NCBI GenBank assembly: GCA_041743795.1
Contig: JBGTMF010000265.1
Span: 1 to 51,442, forward strand
Direction: 5' to 3'
DNA length: 51,442 nucleotides
Source of the DNA: Thermodesulfobacteriota bacterium
GTDB taxonomy: Bacteria; Desulfobacterota; Binatia; HRBIN30; CADEER01
The first letter of the stretch is position 1; each line of letters starts with the position of its first letter. Shown here one piece after another: positions 9,507 to 18,021 of this stretch. Made by a program: the position numbers and the translations under genes. The notes beneath the pieces were generated by a model. That model saw nothing but the letters and a program-made list of their open reading frames with translations, made no database searches and was not told the DNA's origin.

Positions 9507-10661
9507 GTGAGCGATCAACCGACGCCGGCGACCGGCGACCGAGAACTGAAGTTCGTCGCCGCGGCGGACAACCGTCTCGAGATCGGCCTCTCGGGTGCGT
9601 GGCGCTTGCGCGACGGTCTGCCGCCAATCGATTCGTTTCGCCAGGCACTCTCCGAGCATGCAGGAACGCGTTCGGTCGGATTCGATACGACACAGTTGTC
9701 GTCGTGGGACTCGGCAGTCCTCACCTTTGCCAATCAGGTCACGGCCTTGTGCGCCGAACACGGCGTCGAGATCGACCGCGGCGGACTGCCCGAGGGGGCG
9801 CGCCGCCTGCTCGAGCTGGCGGAGACGGTGCCGGAGAAGTCCGATGCCCGCGACAGCGATGAACAAGAACCGTTCCTCACGCGAGTCGGCAAAGCCGCCC
9901 TGCTCGGTTGGGACGAAGCACGGGAGATGCTGGTCTTCATCGGCGACATGACCCTCGCCTTCGGGCAGCTCTTTCGCGGCGCCGCGCGCTTCCGCGGCGT
10001 CGACCTGGGCTTGATGCTGCAGCATTGCGGCGCCGATGCGTTGCCGATCGTCACGTTGATCTCCCTGCTCGTCGGGCTGATCCTCGCATTCGTCGGCGCC
10101 GTGCAGTTGGAGCAGTTCGGCGCCGCCGTCTACGTCGCCGACCTGGTCGGCATTGCGATGACGCGCGAAATGGGCGCGATGATGACCGGCATCGTCATGG
10201 CGGGGCGAACCGGGGCATCGTTCGCGGCGCAACTCGGCAGCATGAAGGTAAACCAGGAGATCGACGCACTGCAGACGATGGGCATTTCACCGCTGGAGTA
10301 TCTGGTGCTGCCGCGCATGATCGCGCTTTGCGCGATGATGCCGTTGCTCTGTATCTACGCCGACTTCGTCGGCATCCTCGGCGGCGCCATCATCGGCATC
10401 GGCATGCTCGGCGTGGCGCCCGTCACCTACATACAACACACCCTCGACGCGGTTACCTTTACGCACCTGTTCGGCGGCATTCTCAAAGCCTCCGTGTACG
10501 GGGTGTTGATCGCCCTCGCCGGCTGCCTGCGCGGGATGCAGTCGGGAGACAACGCGTCGGCCGTCGGCGACGCCACCACTTCGGCCGTCGTCACATCGAT
10601 CGTCCTCATCATCTGTGCCTCCGGAATGTTCGCGGTGATCTTCTATGTCCTCGGAATCTGA
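9507..10661 (+). CDS. mlaE: MlaE-family ABC transporter permease with N-terminal STAS (MlaB-like) extension
   Basis: C-terminal 260 aa carry MlaE blocks (GAVQLEQFGAAVYVADLVGIAMTREMGAMMTGIVMAGRTGASFAAQLGSMKVNQEIDALQTMGISP). The N-terminal ~110 aa look like an anti-sigma-antagonist/STAS module (LEIGLSGAWRL...VGFDTTQLSSWDSAVLTF). GTG start. Confidence 0.85.
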   Translation: MSDQPTPATGDRELKFVAAADNRLEIGLSGAWRLRDGLPPIDSFRQALSEHAGTRSVGFDTTQLSSWDSAVLTFANQVTALCAEHGVEIDRGGLPEGARRLLELAETVPEKSDARDSDEQEPFLTRVGKAALLGWDEAREMLVFIGDMTLAFGQLFRGAARFRGVDLGLMLQHCGADALPIVTLISLLVGLILAFVGAVQLEQFGAAVYVADLVGIAMTREMGAMMTGIVMAGRTGASFAAQLGSMKVNQEIDALQTMGISPLEYLVLPRMIALCAMMPLLCIYADFVGILGGAIIGIGMLGVAPVTYIQHTLDAVTFTHLFGGILKASVYGVLIALAGCLRGMQSGDNASAVGDATTSAVVTSIVLIICASGMFAVIFYVLGI

Positions 10662-11427
10662 AACGAAGCCCGATCGGCCACGCGAGCACCTGGTGGTCCG
10701 CAACCTGACGATGGCCTACGGATCCTTCGTCCTGCAGCGCGATCTCGACTTCACCGTCAATCGCGGCGACGTGTTCATCATCATGGGCGGATCCGGCTGC
10801 GGCAAGAGCACGCTGCTGCGCCACATGATCGGCTTGAAGGAGCCCGCGGACGGCGAGGTCTTTTATGAGGACGAGAGTTTTACCGGCGCGTCGGAAGAGC
10901 GGCGCGGAGAGATCCTGCGCGGTGTCGGCGTCACCTACCAGTCGGGGGGATTATGGAGTTCGATGACCCTGGCCGAGAACATCGGCGTACCACTCGGCGA
11001 GTACACCGATCTGTCGCAAAGCGATATTCGCGAAGTAGCGGCACTCAAGCTGGCGCTGGTCGGGTTGCGAGGTTTTGAAGACTTCTACCCTTCCCAGATC
11101 AGCGGCGGCATGCAGAAGCGTGTCGGCCTGGCGCGAGCCATTGCTCTCGATCCCGAGGTCTTGTTCTTCGACGAGCCGTCGGCCGGGCTCGATCCGATCA
11201 GTTCCCGCCTGTTGGACGACCTCATCCTGCAGTTGCGCGACAGCCTTGGAGCCACGATCGTCATCGTCACCCACGAATTGGCCAGTATCTTCGCGATCGG
11301 CAATAACAGTGTATTCTTGGACGCGACGACGCGCACGATGATCGCGAGCGGCGATCCGAATGAACTGAAGGACCAGGCCGAACATCCTGACGTACGAAAA
11401 TTCCTGCATCGCGGCGAAGAGGAGTGA
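10645..11427 (+). CDS. mlaF: MlaF-like ABC transporter ATP-binding protein
   Basis: Walker A GGSGCGKST, signature QISGGMQKRVGLARA and Walker B VLFFDEPSAGLD. Overlaps mlaE by 17 nt. Confidence 0.92.
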   Translation: MSSESETKPDRPREHLVVRNLTMAYGSFVLQRDLDFTVNRGDVFIIMGGSGCGKSTLLRHMIGLKEPADGEVFYEDESFTGASEERRGEILRGVGVTYQSGGLWSSMTLAENIGVPLGEYTDLSQSDIREVAALKLALVGLRGFEDFYPSQISGGMQKRVGLARAIALDPEVLFFDEPSAGLDPISSRLLDDLILQLRDSLGATIVIVTHELASIFAIGNNSVFLDATTRTMIASGDPNELKDQAEHPDVRKFLHRGEEE

Positions 11428-12473
11428 GCGGTGATTCCCGCAGAGCGAACCCTGCCCCACACCCGTTGGCCGTTGCAACAGCGATCATGAGAGCGCGCGC
11501 CAATCCTGCACTGATCGGAGGCTTCGTCGTCGGCGCCATCGCCTTGGCGATCGCCGCCGTTCTGCTTCTCGGCTCCGGTCGATTCTTCAGCGACAACGTC
11601 GAACTCGTCGCCTTCTTTCCCGGGTCGGTCAACGGGCTGTCCGTCGGCGCGCAGGTGAAGTTCAAGGGTGTCGAGATCGGCAGTGTCCGCGAGATCCTCA
11701 TCGCCGTCGACGAGGCGAACAACCCCGACTTTCGCATACCCGTCTTCTTCGAGATCGATCCCGACAAGCTGACCAGTCGCGGCCTCGCGGTTAAGTCCGT
11801 GGACCTGCACGACCGAAAAGCACTGCAAGACATGTACGAAGGTGGACTGCGCGCCCAGCTGGTACCGGAAAGCTTCGTCACCGGGGTCCTCTTCATCGAA
11901 CTCGACATGCATCCGGGTACGCCGTACGAACTGCAACTCGGCGACGACTCGGACTTGCGCGAAGTTCCGACCCTCCCGACTGCATTGGAAAAGGCGACGT
12001 CGGCGGCGACGCAGATTCTCGCCAAGCTCGACGAGATCGATATCGACGGACTGGTCGTGGCGCTGAACACGACGGTCGACGAGGTCAACAAGTTGATCTC
12101 CTCACCGGAGCTGAAGAATGCCGCCGCCAATCTGGACAAGGCGCTCGCCTCGGCGGACGAGGCCGCCGAGAGTGTACGAGATTTGGCGAACTCTGCGCGC
12201 GGCAACCTCGATCGTGTGACGCGCTCGGTTCGGCAGACCCTCGACGGATCGACGAAGACTATCGATCGGCTGGATACGACTCTGGCGGAGATGCGTACCA
12301 CTCTCGACGCCGTCTCGGGACTGATTGAACCGGAGTCGCCGGTGGTCCACCAGATCGGCGAGACATTGCGGGCCGTCAATGACGCGGCGCGCTCGGTTCG
12401 CCGTCTGGCCGATTCACTCGAACGCAACCCGAGCACTGTGTTGTTCGGTCGCTCGGAGGAGGTTGCACCGTGA
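11424..12473 (+). CDS. mlaD: MlaD/MCE-domain substrate-binding protein with extended helical C-terminus
   Basis: TM anchor ALIGGFVVGAIALAIAAVLLLG followed by the MCE block FFPGSVNGLSVGAQVKFKGVEIGSVREI. 4-nt overlap with mlaF. An alternative ATG start lies at 11487. Confidence 0.82.
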   Translation: MSGDSRRANPAPHPLAVATAIMRARANPALIGGFVVGAIALAIAAVLLLGSGRFFSDNVELVAFFPGSVNGLSVGAQVKFKGVEIGSVREILIAVDEANNPDFRIPVFFEIDPDKLTSRGLAVKSVDLHDRKALQDMYEGGLRAQLVPESFVTGVLFIELDMHPGTPYELQLGDDSDLREVPTLPTALEKATSAATQILAKLDEIDIDGLVVALNTTVDEVNKLISSPELKNAAANLDKALASADEAAESVRDLANSARGNLDRVTRSVRQTLDGSTKTIDRLDTTLAEMRTTLDAVSGLIEPESPVVHQIGETLRAVNDAARSVRRLADSLERNPSTVLFGRSEEVAP

Positions 12474-13066
12474 CTCGATTGGCAATTGCCCTGGCGTCGT
12501 TCGGCCTCGCTTCGTGCTCGGTCCTGGCGCCAAAGCCAGACATCACCCGCAACTACCTGCTCACCGAACAAGCTCCGGTCGGCGACGTCCGGCCGGCGCG
12601 CATCTCGCTGGCCGTTGGGCCGATCATTCTGCCGGCCTACCTCGACCGCGCCGAGATCGTCACGCGAGAACCGCCGAACAAGATTCACCTGTCATCGCTC
12701 GAACGCTGGGCCGAACCGCTGCGCGAGAATTTCACGCGCGTGTTCACCGCCGATCTGGCAGCCGCCGCCGGCGCCGACGAAGTAGTCGAGTTTCCCTGGC
12801 ACGGCCGGCCCGCTGTCGACTACCGCGTGACCGTCGACGTCGAGCAGTTCGAGCGGCGCAGCGACGGGGTCGCGGTCATCGTCGCGCGCTGGCGCCTGCG
12901 CCGCGGCCTCAGCAAAACGATTCTCCACTCGACCCGCTCGACACACGAAGTCCACATCGACGGCTCAGATACCGAACACGCCGTCGAAGCGCTGAGCCGA
13001 GCCACCGCCCTCCTCGCCCAGGAGATCGCCGCCGCCATCCGCGACAATCCCGAACCGGCCCACTAG
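12470..13066 (+). CDS. PqiC/YmbA-like (DUF330) ABC-transport auxiliary lipoprotein
   Basis: Lipobox LASFGLASCS. Family-like segment LPAYLDRAEIVTREPPNKIHLSSLERWAEPLRENFTRVFTADL. 4-nt overlap with the MCE gene. Confidence 0.72.
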   Translation: MTRLAIALASFGLASCSVLAPKPDITRNYLLTEQAPVGDVRPARISLAVGPIILPAYLDRAEIVTREPPNKIHLSSLERWAEPLRENFTRVFTADLAAAAGADEVVEFPWHGRPAVDYRVTVDVEQFERRSDGVAVIVARWRLRRGLSKTILHSTRSTHEVHIDGSDTEHAVEALSRATALLAQEIAAAIRDNPEPAH

Positions 13067-13230
13067 CAGTCCGTTGAAAAAGTAGGGCAGGAGCGAAAAT
13101 GAGAGATTTCGCCCCAGATCAAGGCGCCGAGCCGGAAGCAAAGTCGTGACTTTTGTTGAGGATTCGGCAACGCAGAGCTGGGGCGAAAGATCCATTTGCA
13201 GCCCGGCCTACTTTTTCAACGGGCTGCTAG
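13064..13230. repeat. Palindromic MITE-like intergenic repeat, copy 2
   Basis: TAGCAGTCCGTTGAAAAAGTAGGGCAGG (left, starting on the TAG stop of the upstream CDS) mirrors CCCGGCCTACTTTTTCAACGGGCTGCTAG (right end at 13230). The internal arms also pair (..GATTTCGCCCCAG / CTGGGGCGAAAGATC..). It shares about 20-nt termini with copy 1. Confidence 0.68.
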
Positions 13231-13241
13231 GCGCGCTTCGC

Positions 13242-14681
13242 TCAATCCCACACCGGCGGCTTGCGATCGATCCACGGCCGCGCCTGCTCCAATTGCGCGG
13301 CCAACCGGAACAGCCCAGCCTCGTCACCGAATCGGCCGCTGAACAACACGCCGACCGGCAATCCGTCCGCCGTCCAGTGCAGCGGTACGGACATCGAAGG
13401 TTGCCCGGTCGCGTTGGCCAACGCAGTGAACGGAACATAGTCGATGATCGGCGCGAATGCCGCCATCGCGTCGGTCAGTGAGGTATCGATGGTACCGTTC
13501 TTCAGAGGTGGCGCCCCGAGCGTAGGCGTCACCCAGACGTCGTAGGTCTGGTGAAACCGCCCGACTTCGCGCGTCACCATTTGCAGCATGGCCACGGCAA
13601 TCTGGTACTGCGCGGCACTCACCTGCTTCCCTCCCTGATACAGCGCCCACGTCAGTGGCTCGAAGTCGCTCTCCCGGGGAGTGAGGCCGTGGATCATCGC
13701 GAACGCTTCGATCTGAAAGGCCAGGCCTCCGGCCCAGATCGTCATGAAAGCCCCGGTCAACATATCGGAGTCGATCGCCGGCTTCGCCTCGTCGACGGAA
13801 TGGCCTAGATCCGCCAACAACGCCGCCGCCGCGGCGACGGCCGCGTCGCACTCCGGATGAAGCTTGCCGCCGTTGATAGCGCTCTTGTAGAATCCCACGC
13901 GCAGCGCTGGCGACGGCGCGCCCACCTCTTGCAGAAAGGGCCGCTCGACGGGAGTCGCACAGTAGGGGTCGCCTGCCTCCGGACCGTGCGTGCAATCGAG
14001 GATCGCGGCGCTGTCGCGTACCGTGCGGGTAACGACGTGCTCGGCAATCAATCCGCCGAGTGCATCTCCGATCACCGGCCCGAGCGGGTTGCGCGCCCGT
14101 GTCGGCTTCATGCCGAACAAGCCGCAGCATGAAGCGGGGATGCGAATCGAACCGCCGCCGTCGTTAGCATGCGCGACCGGGACCACGCCGGCGGCCACCG
14201 CCGCCGCTGAGCCGCCACTCGAGCCGCCACTCGAGTGCGCGAGATTCCAGGGGTTGCACGTCGGTCCGTAGGCATGCGGCTCGGTGGTAGGCAGAATGCC
14301 GAACTCCGGTGCGTTGGTCTTGCCGAGAATTACGAGCCCGGCTTCCTTGAATCGCTTGGTCAAAGTAGCGTCCTGCGCCGCTGGTCGGCCCGCCATGAAG
14401 CGCGAACCGCCGGTCGTCGGCACGCCCTCGTGGTCACCCATGATGTCCTTCAAGAGGAACGGCACGCCGCGGAAGGCGCCGCCGTCTCGCTCGCCATCGA
14501 GCACCTTGGCCCGCGCCCGCGCGTAATCGTACATCTTGTAGATGACGGCGTTGAGCGCCGGATTGTGTTTCTCGACACGAGCGATCGCTTCCTCGGTGAG
14601 CTCGCTCGGCAGCACATCGCCCTTGGTGACCAACTCGGCAAGGCCGAGTGCGTCGAATTGAGCGTATTCGGATATCGGCAT
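13242..14681 (-). CDS. Amidase-signature family amidase
   Basis: 479-aa ORF with the amidase signature stretch [43 protein letters not shown]. Confidence 0.9.
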   Translation of the reverse strand: MPISEYAQFDALGLAELVTKGDVLPSELTEEAIARVEKHNPALNAVIYKMYDYARARAKVLDGERDGGAFRGVPFLLKDIMGDHEGVPTTGGSRFMAGRPAAQDATLTKRFKEAGLVILGKTNAPEFGILPTTEPHAYGPTCNPWNLAHSSGGSSGGSAAAVAAGVVPVAHANDGGGSIRIPASCCGLFGMKPTRARNPLGPVIGDALGGLIAEHVVTRTVRDSAAILDCTHGPEAGDPYCATPVERPFLQEVGAPSPALRVGFYKSAINGGKLHPECDAAVAAAAALLADLGHSVDEAKPAIDSDMLTGAFMTIWAGGLAFQIEAFAMIHGLTPRESDFEPLTWALYQGGKQVSAAQYQIAVAMLQMVTREVGRFHQTYDVWVTPTLGAPPLKNGTIDTSLTDAMAAFAPIIDYVPFTALANATGQPSMSVPLHWTADGLPVGVLFSGRFGDEAGLFRLAAQLEQARPWIDRKPPVWD

Positions 14682-14791
14682 GGCGGACTCCTATTGGCAT
14701 CACTCGAGTGTTCACTTCGCGGGTCGCGGGCGCAAAGAACCGTGATCCCAAACCAAGAGATACGATGCAAACCGGCCCGTGTAGGTCGCGA

Positions 14792-15970
14792 TCAAGGTTG
14801 TCCGAGAATTACGGCACTGGTCGGAACACCGGTGCCGGCTGTCACCAGGATGTGTTCCGCCCTGGTCGGTTGGTTCACGGATGTCCCTCGGATCAGGCGA
14901 ACGCCCTCGGCGATACCGTTCATGCCGTGAATATAGGCCTCACCGATCTGACCGCCGTGCGTGTTGATCGGAAAGCCACCACCCAGCTCTATGTTGCCCC
15001 CGGCGACGAAGTCCTTGGCCTCACCTCGCTTGCACAGACCGAACTCCTCGAGCTGCACCAGCACGAAGGGAGTGAAATGGTCGTAGATGATGCCGGCATC
15101 GAGATCGCCTGGGCCGATGTCGGCGGTCGCGTATAACTGGCGCGCACATAGCTCCATCTCCGGCAAAGCGGTGATCGGCTCGCGGTAATATGGCGTCATC
15201 ATGTCGGTGCCCGCGGCGATTCCCTGGGCGGCAGCGCGAATCATCGCCGGTTTCCGCTTCAAGTCGCGCGCTCGCTCGGCGCTGGTGATCACCAGCGCGA
15301 CACCCCCGTCGCTCTCCTGGCAGCAGTCCAGCAAGCGCAGCGGATCGACCACCCGGCGCGACGCCTGGTGATCCGCCAAGGTGATCGGCCGTCCATAAAA
15401 CCAAGCCGCCGGGTTGTTCGCCGCATGCCGGCGGCCGGCGACGGCGACGTGGCCAAAGGTCTCGGTGGACGCGCCGTGCTCGTACAAGTAGCGCTGCGCG
15501 CACATCGCCACCCACGACGCCGGTGTCAGCAATCCAAACGGTGCGTACCACGAAAAGTGTGCCGACTCGGTGGTCGGCAGCGCCGGCTGGTTCTGTATGC
15601 CGGCGCCGAGGCGTTGGAAGGAGCGCTCGTTCATGGCGCGATAGACGACGACGACTTCGGCAATCCCCGCCGCAATCGCCGCGCACGCCTGTAACACGAC
15701 TCCACAGGCGGCGCCGCCGCCGTAGTGGACGCGGCTGAACCATTTCAATTCGCGACCGCCGAGGCTGCGCAGAATGGAGACATCGGGGTTGTTCTCCATC
15801 GTGTAGGCGCACATGCCATCGATATCCGTCGGCGCCAAGCCGCAGTCGTCCAATGCACTCTTGATGCATTCGACCGCCAGGCTCAGCTCGCTGCGCCGCG
15901 AGTCCTTGGAAAACTCGGTCGCCCCGATGCCGACGATCGCTGCCCGATCGCGCATACCACTGGCTTTCAT
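14792..15970 (-). CDS. Thiolase-fold lipid-transfer-protein (Ltp/SCP-x type), Ltp2-like
   Basis: N-terminus RDRAAIVGIGATEFSKDS and C-terminal INTHGGQIGEAYIHGMNGIAEGVRLIRG are typical of non-acetoacetyl thiolase-like Ltp proteins. 4-nt overlap (ATGA) with the upstream MaoC gene. Confidence 0.85.
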   Translation of the reverse strand: MKASGMRDRAAIVGIGATEFSKDSRRSELSLAVECIKSALDDCGLAPTDIDGMCAYTMENNPDVSILRSLGGRELKWFSRVHYGGGAACGVVLQACAAIAAGIAEVVVVYRAMNERSFQRLGAGIQNQPALPTTESAHFSWYAPFGLLTPASWVAMCAQRYLYEHGASTETFGHVAVAGRRHAANNPAAWFYGRPITLADHQASRRVVDPLRLLDCCQESDGGVALVITSAERARDLKRKPAMIRAAAQGIAAGTDMMTPYYREPITALPEMELCARQLYATADIGPGDLDAGIIYDHFTPFVLVQLEEFGLCKRGEAKDFVAGGNIELGGGFPINTHGGQIGEAYIHGMNGIAEGVRLIRGTSVNQPTRAEHILVTAGTGVPTSAVILGQP

Positions 15971-16395
15971 CGCTCATCCTGGGGGAGGGAGAGGCGAACT
16001 CTGCCGGTCACGTGATCGCCGAGTTGGTTGCTGCCGCGCACGGAGACCTCGACCTCGCCGCTGGCCGTGTCGACCGCCTCGACGCGACCGCGCATCACCA
16101 TTCGATCGCCCGGATAGTTTGCCACCCCGAGGCGAACCTTCACCGCCTTGATACGCGCCGCCGGCCCCGCCCAATCCGTTACGAACCGGCCGACGAAGCC
16201 GTTGGTGGTGAGAATGTTCATGAAGATGTCCGGTGAGCCCTTCGCCCGCGCCAGCGCCGGGTCGTGGTGAACGTCCTGGTAATCACGCGAGGCGATTGCC
16301 GTGGCGACGATCAACGTGCGCGTGATGTCGATCGCCAATTCGGGCAATTCTTCGCCGAGGCGGACCGATGCGACGCTCTTGAACGATTCAGCCAT
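15967..16395 (-). CDS. MaoC-like hotdog-fold dehydratase subunit (ChsH1-like)
   Basis: 142 aa with the motif ASRDYQDVHHDPALARAKGSPDIFMNILTTNGFVGRFVTDW, characteristic of R-specific enoyl-CoA hydratase (MaoC) domains. Confidence 0.85.
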   Translation of the reverse strand: MAESFKSVASVRLGEELPELAIDITRTLIVATAIASRDYQDVHHDPALARAKGSPDIFMNILTTNGFVGRFVTDWAGPAARIKAVKVRLGVANYPGDRMVMRGRVEAVDTASGEVEVSVRGSNQLGDHVTGRVRLSLPQDER

Positions 16396-16460
16396 TTCGC
16401 GCGCCCGCCACCGAACGCGGCCGGTGGGTCGTCTTGCTTCTCATCGACACTCTCGCCGCA

Positions 16461-17396
16461 TCAGGGTTCTCGCAACCGGCGAAACTGCGGTAGCGTCAGT
16501 CCGTCGTCGACCGCGTTGAACTCGACGCGAACCGGCTGGCCGATCGCCAGATCGGCGCCATCCGTACCGACGATGTCGGCGACCAAGCGCACGCCTTCGT
16601 CGAGCTCGATCAATGCCACCGGATGGCCCGGCTCGAATGGCGGTATGGGCGGATGGAAGTGGCGCACGTAGCTGTAGATGACACCGCGACCGGCCGCCTC
16701 GATCGCCTCCCAGGCAAGTGACTGGCAGCCCGGACACATTGGACCCGGCGGATGGCGCAACTCACCGCACTGCGCGCACTTCTGCAGCAGCAGCACGCCC
16801 TGCTCGACACCCTTCCAGAAGAACTCGGTGTCGCGGGTCATCGCCGGGCGCGGTCGCCGCGCGCCGGCGGCTGCCGTTGCAGTTTGTCGCGGCCGGAAGA
16901 AGAGCATGCGGAAGCTCATCGTCCCGACAGTCTCGCCAGCCGCGTCGCGGAAGGTCCACAGCTGGGTGACGAAATGCCCTTCGCCAAGCGCCGTCGCCTT
17001 CAGCTCCGACATGCTCGCCAGAGTGTGCGTAGCGGTGACCTCGTCTCCCGGCTCCAAGTAGCGAACGTATTCTTGATCGCAATTGGTGGCGACGACGCCG
17101 AAGAAGCCCGCCTCGTTGAAGATCCGCACCATGTCCGCGCCAGGTTTCTCCTGGTGCGGATTCAGCCCTGGCATGTTCCACGCCTGCAGCATGGTCGGCG
17201 GCGCGACGACGCCACGGTGCCCGGCGCGCTCCGCGGCGCGCGAATCCGTGTAGATCGGATTGGCGTCGCCGAGAGCGTCGCACCAGTGGTGAATCATGGC
17301 TTCACTGATCGGGTACGCGGCGACCAACGGCACACTGTCGCGTCCGACGAGTTCCTTGATCTGGCGTAGGTAGTCCATCACCCCGCGCCTCTCCAA
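16461..17396 (-). CDS. MaoC-N-terminal-type hotdog domain fused to DUF35 OB-fold/zinc-ribbon domain (ChsH2-like)
   Basis: N-terminal hotdog half (ISEAMIHHWCDALGDANPIYTD). C-terminal DUF35 with the rubredoxin-like ribbon CAQCGELRHPPGPMCPGCQS and the OB segment GVIYSYVRHFHPP...VALIELDEGVRLV. Confidence 0.82.
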   Translation of the reverse strand: MERRGVMDYLRQIKELVGRDSVPLVAAYPISEAMIHHWCDALGDANPIYTDSRAAERAGHRGVVAPPTMLQAWNMPGLNPHQEKPGADMVRIFNEAGFFGVVATNCDQEYVRYLEPGDEVTATHTLASMSELKATALGEGHFVTQLWTFRDAAGETVGTMSFRMLFFRPRQTATAAAGARRPRPAMTRDTEFFWKGVEQGVLLLQKCAQCGELRHPPGPMCPGCQSLAWEAIEAAGRGVIYSYVRHFHPPIPPFEPGHPVALIELDEGVRLVADIVGTDGADLAIGQPVRVEFNAVDDGLTLPQFRRLREP

Positions 17397-17406
17397 CCCC
17401 GGGAAC

Positions 17407-17874
17407 TCAGCCCCGGAACTGTTCGGCGAGAAACATGATGCCGCGGATCACCAGATTCGCGTAAAGACCGGCGACCACGTCGTCGAGGACGACGCCGGCG
17501 CCGCCCGATACGTGCGAGTCAAAGTAGGAGGCCGGGTAGGGCTTCCATACATCGAACGCCCGGAAGAGGAAGAAGGCCAGGATCGTCACCGTCCAGGTCG
17601 GCGGTAACAACAATGTCGCCGCGAGATAACCGACGACCTCGTCGATGACGATGATGCCGCTGTCGTGCTCGCCGAGCCTTGTTTCCGCCGCACCGGCGAT
17701 CCAACAGGCCGCTGCGATCGCCACCGCACAAGCCGCTACCGCCAATGCCGGGCTGGGAATCCTGGCGAACAGCCAAAAGAACGGAATCGCAGCGAACGTA
17801 CCCACCGTGCCGGAGGCGACAGGCGCATAACCCGTGTACCCCCAAGAGGCCAAAAAGAGCACCAGACGATCCAT
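17407..17874 (-). CDS. pgpA: Phosphatidylglycerophosphatase A
   Basis: Family blocks GYTGYAPVASGTVGTFAAIP, GIIVIDEVVGY and FRAFDVWKPYP. Start taken at MDRLVLF; the ORF upstream extension to 17997 is not supported. Confidence 0.85.
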   Translation of the reverse strand: MDRLVLFLASWGYTGYAPVASGTVGTFAAIPFFWLFARIPSPALAVAACAVAIAAACWIAGAAETRLGEHDSGIIVIDEVVGYLAATLLLPPTWTVTILAFFLFRAFDVWKPYPASYFDSHVSGGAGVVLDDVVAGLYANLVIRGIMFLAEQFRG

Positions 17875-18021
17875 CGTGGCCGTCAAACTGGCTGAGATGA
17901 AGACAAAGCGCCAGCAGCCCGCCGAAACGGACTGCCACCGGTGCGGCCTGGTGCCTGGCAGCCTCCCGCGCAATGCATCGGTTGTGACGCGGGTCAATGT
18001 CTTCTACAAAGGCGGCTCACC

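Noticed and set aside
11267-12688. 473-aa minus-strand ORF
   Set aside because: It is antisense to the MCE and PqiC-like genes, with a Ser/Arg/Ala-rich composition and no motif. The plus-strand operon has overlapping start and stop codons and family motifs.
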